DNA from: Hormiphora californensis
Taxonomy: Eukaryota; Animalia; Ctenophora
Direction: 5' to 3'
DNA length: 64,000 bases
NCBI GenBank assembly: GCA_020137815.1
Contig: CM035350.1
Coordinates: 9,858,001 to 9,922,000, forward strand
Position numbers and translations under genes: made by a program. Below the pieces are notes generated by a model that ran no database searches, was not told the DNA's origin, and was given only the letters and a program-made list of their open reading frames with translations. Below, in pieces: positions 50,264 through 64,000 of the stretch (positions are counted from its first letter, which is position 1; each line of letters opens with the position of its first letter).

Positions 50264-51704
50264 GAGAGAGAGAGAGAGAGAACAGTAGTAATCAGTTATA
50301 TGACATGATACTCGTTGCTATGGAAATAGGCCACCGGAAAGTTATACCCTGCTCATTCGTATAATTCTCTCTTTGTCCGTTGTCTTATCTTTGATTCCTG
50401 TGTGCCAGCTATAATGCGTCCCTTTTTAATTTTCTTTCGACTTCGCATTTCAACATGTTGTAGTTCCAGTCCCAGAAACATCCTTATGATTTCAATAGTG
50501 CAGCAATAGTCGGCACCTTCACCACTCCAAAAACGCACACATAGCAGTGCACGTGTAGTATTAGTGCCGTGTGTTGTTTTACACGCAGTGGAAATACAAG
50601 TTCCTGTATACTACCACGAGGGTAATGTTGAGGTGACACGGGGAGAGAGAGGGAGAGAGAGGGAGAGAGAGAGAGAGGGAGAGAGCTGTATCTCGGAATG
50701 GGGTGGGGGTGGGTGGGAAGTCTTCTAGATGGTTCTAATCATTCTAGATCTTATGGGCCATTTTCCATGTCTCTTGACTGTTCATTATATGCCTCTTATA
50801 ACGGCAAAGAATTGATAATAGCAAACTTTATTTTCGATCCATGGCCTCTTCTTATAAGTCCATTGTATTGAAAGCAGCACAGGACCGCAAGTCTACACAC
50901 TCCCTATTTGTGTGTCCGTTTGAGTGTTTGAGTGTGTAGCGGACCTCATTCCATGTGTTTCTTGCTTGTGTGTGTCTTTCTAGAGGCCCTGGATGATGGC
51001 AATGATAACTCTAGGACCCGCCGCTCTAGACGCCATCGAGTGAGTTGAAATCGATGGACAGATATAGGCAGAGATAGAGAAGGAGATGGTGAGAGAGAGC
51101 TGAGAATGCCGTGGATTACTCTCTCTCGTTACTACGTGGGGGAGTATGAAAGCTGTGGGAGCTTGAGAACGTCGCTCGTCATCTATAGAGACGAAAGTCT
51201 TGGCTTTTGTCTCCTATCTATCATGCTCCGTTTGTCGTATGCAGCTGGCAATATACACATTTTTGATTTTTCACGTTCCTCAAGAAAAATATTGTTTTCC
51301 TCCTTTTGTGTTTTCCATATTATACATGCACCATTACACAACCAGTAATCCCATGATGTCCTGTGTAGACGAATAGAACGGTGAATAAATCACTAAACAG
51401 ATCCCTAAATAAATCCCTATGATCAGATTTAAAAGTCTGTGCGAAAGGAATGGAGAGAGAAGAGAATTGGTTTAGTATGGTAGATAGTGGTAATAGAGTG
51501 AATTAAAGGGAGATTTAATAAAACCAGGTGGCCTTGCACTATTTATGAACTGCCACCTGATCCCACCCTCCTCATGACTGGTCCCATTGGCCCTGAATTT
51601 AGTTAAGTTTTTTTACAGAAATATACCCCAGTGTCGAAATTTTCTTGAAGTGTTGAAGTGTTCTTTTGTCTTCTGTGATCGATCTTGACGATTTGAAAGG
51701 TCTG

Positions 51705-54290
<2,586 letters not shown>

Positions 54291-54322
54291 TAATGTAAAA
54301 GAGGAAGAGAGAGGAAGAGAGA

Positions 54323-54464
<142 letters not shown>

Positions 54465-55443
54465 GGAAGAGAGAGAGAGAGAGAGAGATAGAGAGAGAGA
54501 GAGGAAGAGAGAGAGAGAGAGCTGAAAAAGAACAATACAGCTGGCCATGTTTATTCAGCGTTATAGTGCGTGTACTGTGTAACGTCACTCTGTTGTTTTA
54601 GAAGATAACTGGAAACATCTAATGTAACACTACACTGTCATCATAATAATAATATGGTATGAGCCATGAGGGGAAGGAGGTTCTGCAGGAGCTGTGTTTT
54701 TCTAGGCTTTTACATAAATCTAGTTTATAATAAGGTTAAATATAAACGGACGCTCACTTGTCGCCCCGGGTATTTTACTTCCTTTCAAGTCTAGAAAGTT
54801 TCGAGTCTCTGACATTATGGGGTGACATGGGGTGATTGGGAAAGTGTTTGGGTGTGTGTATGGTGGACAGTAGTGAGGTCTCGAAGTGTTGATAGACTGG
54901 AAATAGGGCGGTACTTTAGTTCCACATACACACAGATACACAGAATACAGATACACACACTACAAAACCCCTCACTCTCCAAATACAAGTTCTTTTGTCC
55001 TCTTTGTGTATTATGGGCACCCTCTACTTGTGGTAATAGTAGAGGGTGTCCCAACCGCCCTCATGTATAATAACATGCTTAATGAAACACCTGGGCACCC
55101 TAGGCAGTTCTTTCTTTCGTTTTGATCGTGTTCTTTTTCGTATGAATATATTACTTATCTCCGACATAAAATATTCCCAATCATCAAGGGAATTCATCTC
55201 CATAGCAGCTGTAGGTCTTTTTACCAGAGAGATAAAGATGGGTAAAAAAGTGAAGCCATTCCAGTCCGAAGTATGCAAATGTAATATCTCTCCCTCACTT
55301 CTCACCCCATTTGTAAATAACTTCCCCTCACTTCTCGTGCTTGTGAATGTCGCATTAGCAGATCACTACATTCACACACTCAACAAGCTCTCACTTTCCC
55401 TAATTCCCCCATTCCCTCCCTAATTCGCCCCTTCACCTCTCAG

Positions 55444-58400
55444 AAAGAAGATAAGGAGGATACAGGACCGTTAAAGGATCGAGGATGTACCGATATTATC
55501 TGCCTTCTTGTCTTCATAGTTTTCTTCGCCGGAATGGTAAGTTGTCGATTGGCGCCCTTAGCAAGGTTAGTAACATGCAAACAAGTTAAGTTTCTTGCAG
55601 TTTTGGGATTTTAAAAACTCAGGCACCAGCCAAGTAACGAACTGATGACTCATGATTTATGAAAGCAGGAACTACTTTCGTATTTTCAAGGTCGTCACTT
55701 TTTTATCAGCCCCCCTAGAGAAGCTCTGACGACCCTCCCCCTCTTCAGGCGGTCCTGGCATACTTTGCCTTCCAATATGGTGATCCCTGGAGGATTATCA
55801 ATGGTTATGATAGTTTTGGAAACACGTGCGGATCCAACAACACTGCAGTCGAGGGTCTGGATGCCTCCCTCAACGGACGTGATCTCACTGACTACCCGTA
55901 TGTAACGCGCGATGTAACCCCCGTGGAACCAGAGTCCGATATTGCGCGGTAGAACGCGCAGACACTCGCCCACGGATCATGCTGCCATTCATTGTCAATA
56001 ATTGTAGTGCGGCAATGAACTGGCCCATTCCTTGATAATCCCAGTGTTAACTATTATCACCCTCCCAGATACCTATTCTACTTTGATTTCACCGTCATGC
56101 TGCCCACCTCTCTGGTGTCTCTTGGAGTATTTGATGGTACCGGGGGAAGTGTAGAAACGACCATGATGATTTGTGTCAAGGAGTGCCCTAGCGACCTTTT
56201 CATGGCATACACCTCAACCCCTCTCTCTGACTACCCCGACTACTCTGGGACTACCCGAATGAGTAAGTGTACCCCATCTCCCTCATCCCTTAGTTACATA
56301 ACTCCTTGGTAAGCAGCACTATAACAGGGGAAACTAGTTACTACTACTGCAGCTAGCCTAGATACAACTACCCTAGTTACTAGTTACTACTCTAGTTACT
56401 ACTACTGCAGCCAGCCTAGATACAACTACCCTAGTTACAAGTCTAGTTACTACTCTAGTGACTACTACGGCAGCTACCTCGGTTACAAGCTCTAGTGACT
56501 ACTACAGCAGCTACCTCGGTTACAAGCTCTAGTGACTACAGCAGCAGCTACCTCGGTTACAAGCTCACCCCCTTCTTTTCAGAGCACTACTACGACCAAT
56601 ATGTTAATGGTAGTAACTTCTGTCAATACGATCTCTTTGAAAATGACACCCTGACAGAACTTTTCGAAAATGACAACTACTCCGAAGTTAAAGATAACAA
56701 ATATGTCACTAAGACTGGCTCCTCGGGACCTTGTCCTGACTACGTCCTTCCTGCGTAAGTACTGAGAGATCAGGGAGGGAGAAAGAGAAAAAGAGGGATG
56801 GGATTTTTGTTGTACTGCTTATACAATACGATGCTGAGATATAATTCTAATGACCCTCTCAGGGATCCTGTGTTGAACCGTTGTATCCCTCTATTCGATA
56901 CGATCACGGACCTTGCCACAGACTTGGCATCGGACGAATCCTCTACCCTGACAGAAATAGCAGACAGTGTAACGGACGGAATCAACAGCATGTTCGGTTC
57001 CAACGTGTCCGCATCTGAGATCATGACATATGCAATGAGCGATCTGATGAACTCTTATCAAGAGCTGGCCATCATGTGTGCCTCCTCTCTCGTCATCTCC
57101 TTCATCATCATCCTCCTTCTGGGGTGGATCGCCCAGATTATCATCTATGCCATTGCCATTGCAACCGCCATTGCCTGCCTTGCCGGCCCCGCCTACTTCT
57201 GGTATGTGTGGTACGAAGCGTACCAGGATTACCAGGATTCAACCATCAAACTGGAGAGCACTTCCGAGAATGTAGATACCCTCATGTACTACGCCATCAT
57301 CATCTCTGTAAGTGTGGATATCAAAACTGTATTATATTGTGGGGAGGGGAGGTTGGTGGGGGTATGTTGTAACCCTCCTTTATGTTTGTATGGGGGTGGT
57401 GAGAAAGGGTTACTCAAACAAGGCAAGGGGTATGTTACAATATTTATAAGACCTATTCTCCCAGGTTATTTGTCTCGTGGTTCTCCTGCTGATTATCTTC
57501 CTGAGATCTCGTATCGGCCTCATGGTCACCCTCTTCAAGGAGGCTGGTTTTATGGTTATGAGGATGATTGTTATACTCTTCACCCCTATTGTGGTAAGAG
57601 AGTTGTGTTGTATAGCTAGCTAATTATTTGCGCCTAATAAATCTACCCACTTTACCCTGTGTTATAGTAGGATCTCACATTCCCCCTCCCCCTCACATCC
57701 CCACCCTTCCCCATTTTCAGTTAGCGTTATTCATCATGGCCTGGGCTGCTCTCTGGTCCTTTGTATCTGCCTACGTGTACACCTCAGGCACTGCTACCGA
57801 GCTGCTGTTCACGAGAGAGTACAACATGGACGTCCCTGAATCAATGGCCAACATCACCATGGTCTACTTCAAGGATCATGTAAGATAATTTATTGGGACT
57901 CGACCCTCGGGTCGGGGGTCCATTGGGTTGGGAACCATCGTGCTATTTCGTATTTAGGGAGAGAGTTGGATTTAATCTTCTCACCCCCTCCCATGCAGGA
58001 CTACATTAACTACGTCTGGTTGTACCACCTGTTCGGTCTCTACTGGGGAACTGAGTTCTTCCTGGCGTGTCATGAGATGGCCATTGCTGGTGCCTTCGTA
58101 CAGTTCTACTGGACTCGAGACAAGAGGAAGGTTCACTTCCCAGTTGTCCGTGGAATCTGGTGGGTGTTCAGATATCATCTTGGAACGGTGGCCTTCGGGT
58201 CTTGCATCATTGCCATCATTCAACTCATCAGAACCATCCTGGCTTATATCCAGAACAAGTGAGTACAACATGTGCTGCCATCTCTCTCACAGGGGGGATA
58301 TGGGGTCCATAACAAGGAACTGCACTTTGATTCCTTTGTTTTTAACTATCTTGATTGAGAGAGGAGAGATAGGACAGTCAGATAATAACAATGGGGTCGA

Positions 58401-61400
58401 TGACAATATATGTATATTTATTATAAACCCTCTTCTCCAACTAGGACAAAGGACAGTCAGAGTGAGGTCGTGAAATATCTGCTGATGTGTCTTCAGTGCT
58501 GTTTGTGGTGCTTCGAAAAGGTCATGAAATTCATCAACAGGAACGCGTACATTTATACAGGTTAGTTGCAATTTGTTTGTCAGATATAATGGTCGGTTTC
58601 TTGGACTCCTCTCTGAATAGCACCTAACTGAAAACTCTCCCCTCTCAGCGTTCAAGGGAAGCAACTTCTGCTCGTCTTGCAAGAAAGTGTTTGGACTGCT
58701 CCTTTCCAATGTGGTCAGGGTCGGAGTTATCAACTGTGTGGGGGCGTTCATTCTATTCATTGGCAAGTTCCTGGTGTGCCTCATCACTGGAGTTCTAGGA
58801 TACTTCATGCTCAAGGTAGGTGTTCATACAGGGTGGCCCAATAATAATGAAGCTGGGGTAGATGTTCATTACCTTATTACCGCTATATAACGGAACCTCC
58901 TATTAGTGTACCTTTAATTAACATACCTTTAATTAACGAAAATCGGTTTGGGTTAGCAAATTTTGACAAAAAGCACAAATACTGGGTTAAAATGGGGTTA
59001 AAATGGTAATTATGTTCCTATTGACATTCCTATTGATTGAGATATCAAGAATAATATTCTTTGCAATTGAGCACGGTTGTGAATTTGAGGCAGTTGTTCA
59101 AGACCCTTATGCATTTCAGTCACCATTGGTTCAAGGAGGGTTGGAAATTAAGGTCCTTTTTACTGTAAATGGACAGAACATGGGCTTGCCTCATTACAAA
59201 CTATAATTACTGAATAGTATGGACTATGGTCGACATTCGATGACTTGGTTTTATTTTTTTGCTACTCTAAAAAAGCAATTTTTAATTAAAGGAACATTAA
59301 TTTAGCGGAACCCTAAATTAACGATACCTAAAATTAACGAAATTTTTACTGATTTCGTTAATTAAAGGTTCCGTTATATATCGGTAATAAGGTATATGCC
59401 ACACAATGAGACAATCTGAATGAGTTCTATTCCTGACAATCCCTCTGATAATCTATATAATGATCTATAAATAAAGAGGTTTGGCAGACAGTCTGGTGAT
59501 AATTCCTGGCAACCCCCTCTGACAGCCAGCTTTATTTCCAATTTTGCCCTTTGTAAACATCAGATCTCCAGCTCCCCCTAATCATATATTTTTGTATTTC
59601 AGGACAACTCGGAGCTGTACTACTGGGCCATTCCCGTCCTGCTGGCATCAATCTTTGCCTTCGCTGTGGCCCATACCTTCTTCTCCGTGTACGAGATCGG
59701 AATTGACACCATATTTATCTGCTTCGCGGAGGACGAGACGATCAATGATGGAACCCCGGGCCGAGAGTACTACATGAGCAAGAACCTGATGGAGTGGGTG
59801 GACAATAGTGGGGAGGCTCTGAAGAATCTGAAGAGGAAACAGAAACAGCAGAAAGCACAGGCCAAGGCCGCCAAATCTGGTGGAGAAGTGGTAAGTACTG
59901 AACTATCTAGTGTGGCAGTGTGTGTTGTGAGGCATTTCTCAGCTGATTTTACTTTCACAGCACGCTTTACCTTGCTTCTCCTTGCACCGCTAACAGCGCT
60001 ACTCTTGAGTCTTGAAACCCTTCTTTTTATTTTACCTCTCAAAATTATCAGCCAAACTACAACTCTCTTGTTATAAAAAGTGTAAGTGTGTACCACCTCT
60101 GATCCAAACTTGTCCCAAATGTCGATCCTGAGCAATCAATATGTCCTGATTATAATAGTATCTGCTATTATTTGTCTGATTGTGAGTGTCTGATTGTGAG
60201 CGTCTGATCATAGCGCTGGCAAGCGCCCGGGGCCCAATCCTCCCTCCCCCCAACCATCCGTCCCTTAAAAATGTCCATTTTCCAAGAATTCCTGCTTCCA
60301 GTGAATGGAAAATCGAAATTGCGAAAAACAATTTTTTTGAAAATTTTGAAAATTTTTGAAAATTTTGACAGCGCTACTATACTTATTGTCTGAAATCGTC
60401 AATTTCAACTTTGTTTTAGACAACCTTCCCGTTGTCCTACGAACTTGCCGCTTGGTAGTTCGTGTTGCCTTGACACCTAGAGCACACGTTCAAAATTTCA
60501 TGCAAATCGGAGTTACGGTTTTTACGTTACAGAGGGTCGTATTTTAGACAAAATGTCCGTTTTTCGCGTCACGAACGACCGTAAAATAACCACTTTTTTG
60601 CGTACTTAATAGAGGCCAGAGTTTTAAAGCTATCACCATGAAACTTTGGGAGTCGGTAGGTCTAGTGGTGTACCTTGTATTAAAGCTTGGACAGAGAAAA
60701 CGGACAGTCATAACAAAAGTTATGACTGTCTTAAGTTTTCTTTAGCGTCTAAGACAGCCTTCCCGTCGTTCTACGAATACGCCACTTGGTACGTAATGTT
60801 GTCTCGACATCTTGAACACATGATCAAAATTTCAAGCAAATCCGAGTTACGGTTCTTCAGTTACGGGCATCTGACTGTATTAAGATTTAAGACGATTTTC
60901 AAAAAAAACCTAGAAAAGAGCAAATTAAACTATAAATCATGATTTTATCACATATATTTTTGCCAACGTAGGTCAACTGCTGTATTTTCAGATATAATTG
61001 GAAGTCATATCTAGATTTATGACTGTCTTAAATTTAAGACGATTTTAAAAACGCCTAGAAAGAAGCATTTCAGAGTCTAAATTAACATTGAATCAGATTT
61101 ATTTTATAAAATAAGGTTTACTGCCGCATTTTCAGTTATAATGGGTAGTCATATCTAGAGTTATGACTGTCTTAAATATAAGACGATTTAAAAAAAACCG
61201 AGAAAAGAGCGAATTAGCATCTAGAACCTGATTGTATCAGATATATTTGATTATCAATGGTTATCCGTGATCGTTATCCGTATCAAAATCAGAGAATAAT
61301 CGCGGATAACTAACCACGACAACTCATCGCGAATGAGTAATATGATAGTTACCAATCGCGGATAGCTAATCGCAAATATAGCTAATCGCGATAGCTAATC

Positions 61401-62800
61401 GCGATAATTAATCGCGATAACTTATAACGGATTCGTGATCAGTTATCCGCGATTGGTTGTCCGTGATTACTATCATATTCGTTATTCGCAACTGATATCC
61501 GAGATTGGATATCTGCGATTGAAAAAGTCCGTGAATCCCCAATCCACGTTTATTAAACTCAGCTAAGTAGTATAACAAAATGCCTGATACTAGATCCAAA
61601 AACCAAACAAGTTTGGTGGATAGCCGGGGCCGCAGAAATTTAAAAACATGCGAAAGTTTTGATACATGAACTTTCGGGGCCTGGGGTGCTGTTAAATTCG
61701 CGTTTCCATGATAGTCAGCCGTTCTTTCAAAACACACTATTATTCTGTAAAACAGACTCTGAAACGACACACTGTGTGCAGTATATTATACGTGATATGT
61801 GTGGAGCTGTACCTATGTATGATAATGTGGAATCAAAAATAATGATAACTTGCAATCATTGCGATAGTTTTCCTGGCGTATAGTTTGAAAATGTTGCTGG
61901 TTATAATCATGGAAACGTGAATTTAACAGCACCCCAGGCCCCGAAAGTTCATGTATCAAAACTTTCGCATGTTTTTAAATTTCTGCGGCCCCGGCTATCC
62001 ACCAAACTTGTTTGGTTTTTGGATCTAGTGTGTGCTATACAAGTTGTCTAATTCTGTGTGCTACATTATACAAGTTGTCTGATGTTGTTATGTGAGCTGA
62101 GAGATGTCTATGATGTTGTACTGTGAGCTGCGAGATGTCTATGATGTTGATTGTGGTGTGTCCATCATTAATCATGTGTGTACCCAGGCTGGTGACAAAC
62201 AGACATCCCCAATGTACCCGGACCTTGACGAAATGGTAAGAAATACAATGACGACCCTCCCTGGCCCTCCCCCTGGCCCTGAGCCCTCCCCAAACAATAT
62301 ACCCCAATTAGACTAATTACCAACCAATTAGACTGTCAAATCTTGTCTCTGTATCTTTCTATCCATTAAAACGCTAGCTAAGCTAGTTGAGAACGCTTTT
62401 AGCACCACAAACCCAATTGCAACCAAAATGTGCCCATTTTTTGCATCACTGTTTTGGCAACTTTATCTCCAAAAGTGGTTCAATATTTCAGGAGATGACG
62501 GAAAAATAGAAACCCTTCCTCCTCCCCCTCAGTAAGTTAAAACCATTCTCTTCTTCCCACACCCCCACACAATACATACAGCTACTGTTGCACCTCATCT
62601 ACATATTGACTGAAACTTTTCCATGTGTTTCTTGCACCTGACAGCATGTCTTGTTTCTGTGTATATCTTGTACATGTGTATGTTTGTGGTACTGATTTAT
62701 CATATCCCATTCATGATTATCTGTGATTCATCACTATGATCCCATCCGGGTGGTTTAGCACCTAACACTCCCCTCTTTTCAGCAAATGGAGGATATGTGA
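55444..62800 (+). CDS. SLC44A1: Choline transporter-like protein (SLC44/CTL1-like); exons 55444-55536, 55749-55897, 56069-56262, 56583-56754, 56863-57307, 57465-57593, 57721-57879, 57999-58258, 58445-58560, 58649-58815, 59603-59890, 62188-62235, 62783-62800
   Basis: RGCTDIICL, GDPWRIINGYDSFGNTCG, ICVKECP, VLNRCIP, RYHLGTVAFGS, CCLWCFEKVMKFINRNAY, FFSVYEIGIDTIFICFAED, NDGTPGREYYMS. Last two exons less certain; tentative upstream exons 49457-49475 and 50984-51039 fit phase. Confidence 0.9.
56330..56566. repeat. Degenerate intronic tandem repeats (ctagttactactactgcagc / gcagctacctcggttacaagctc)
   Basis: Two or three copies of each sub-unit in an SLC44 intron. Confidence 0.75.
58870..59394. mobile_element. 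Non-autonomous DNA transposon (29-bp TA-bounded TIR) with a HIRAN-like coding relic
   Basis: taccttattaccg(c/a)tatataacggaacct inverted pair; subterminal cctttaattaac repeats; internal IEISRIIFFAIEHG...QSPLVQGGLEI. Confidence 0.8.
60207..61535. mobile_element. Unclassified interspersed repeat(s) with internal direct repeats
   Basis: Recurrent ttatgactgtcttaa...taagacgatt units, paired aaatttca..caaatc.gagttacgg motifs and a gctaatcgcga array; intronic; boundaries uncertain. Confidence 0.45.
61589..62029. mobile_element. MITE with ~124-bp TIRs and (C)ACTAG...CTAGTG termini (CMC/CACTA-like)
   Basis: Near-perfect inverted arms actagatccaaaaacc...tttccatgat and atcatggaaa...ggtttttggatctagt. 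Confidence 0.85.
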
Positions 62801-64000
62801 AAACTTCCAAAACAACAAACACAAAAGAGATTGGAACAGAAGAGAAGTGAGAAAGACTGATCTAATTTGTCAGATAGGGCCGTCAGTTTGATAGTCCCTA
62901 AGATGTTGCACCCCCAGTAATTTAGTTCTATTGCTTGTTTTCAGCTTTTTGGTATGTCCAATTGTCTTTGTCTTGATTGCACACATCACCTAAATATTTT
63001 AGATCCTGCTAGAGCGAGTCTTCTCCCGGGGTTACATGTGTTTTGTGTTGAGTTGTTTTTAGGGGTTGGTAACGCAATTACCCCTACATTGCACTATCGC
63101 AATGCCCTATCTACAGAGGGGTAATTTCGTCACCAATTTTAGGGGCAAAGACTGTTAGTTAGTGAACTATTCTATACATTATTCCACATCGTATAACCCC
63201 ACTGTAACTCAGGGTGTATTACTAATATTCAAAATTGAAGTTTGATTTCCACCTACCATGGAACAATTGAAAGCGAGTTCTATAAAAATGTATTTTCGTC
63301 GAGATAGAGATTTTATTATAACCAGTAAAACTTTATTAACAACAGTTTTTTCTACAACATACATTTTCGAGACTTAAGATAAAGAGCCTTCCTTAACTAA
63401 AATGTCGCTGTGTGAGATTAATGAATATGGTCCACTGTGAAAGATAACCAGTATTTTCCTGTTTTTTAAGTTCGTTATTGTAGCCCGTTGAACTAATTAG
63501 TTCCCTAAAATTAAACAGTTGTCCTTTAATTGCTGTCTCCAATTACACGTTTAATAGCTACCGATGGTTCAACGGGAGTTGGATCTGTGACGTCACTTTT
63601 GGTGCGCGCAAATAAAAAGCCGCGCTACAATTACTCAAAATTGAGTGCGCGCGCGTATTTATCAGTTCGAAATAAAATAAAATCACTCGCGCTCCACAAA
63701 AAAAAACTAAATTTTGAGTTTTGACTGATTTTTCTGGAAATTTGTGAAATTATACTACTTCAGACTTCTGGTCAAAACAAGACATTTTTACATCACTTGC
63801 AGGAAGTTTATAGTCATTCCTTGATAGCCCTTTAACAGCTTGATGAGTTTTCTTGGTTCAACACGAGTGATTGGCTTCGCTAGACCTTTGGCTCGACTTC
63901 TATCGCTTTCCAAGGGAGATGAAGAGAGGGGTTTTGCCTTTCCATTCCCCAAACGCAGCTACCAGTTCTCCTATATGCGTAGTAGTGGTTCGGGCGGCCA

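Overview
Intron-rich animal genomic DNA with a 100-N scaffold gap at 34347-34446. Its short repeat families resemble those I recall from the ctenophore Pleurobrachia; this is recollection, not a search result. Host genes: an ARM-repeat-like gene (-, runs off the left edge), an intronless WD40-like gene closely followed by CDK1 (+), a decayed multi-PDZ gene (+), an orphan single-exon ORF (+), casein kinase 1 (-) and a choline transporter-like SLC44 gene (+). The main accessory structure is a 12.5-kb nest of two LINEs. An L2-type LINE (-) has its ORF2 cut in frame by an intact RTEX-like LINE (+). The two strongest novelty candidates are in this nest. (1) The RTEX-like ORF1 appears to combine a degenerate AlkB/2OG-Fe(II)-like fold, a coiled coil and a degenerate SGNH esterase, behind a 1.4-kb higher-order 48-bp 5' monomer array. 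(2) The L2-type element has no usable AUG for ORF2 and has a canonical A-AAA-AAC -1 frameshift heptamer at the ORF1/ORF2 overlap. Other points: many MITEs (one with a HIRAN-like relic), duplicated splice acceptors, a possible trans-spliced operon, and some likely assembly artefacts. All domain calls are from motif reading by eye.
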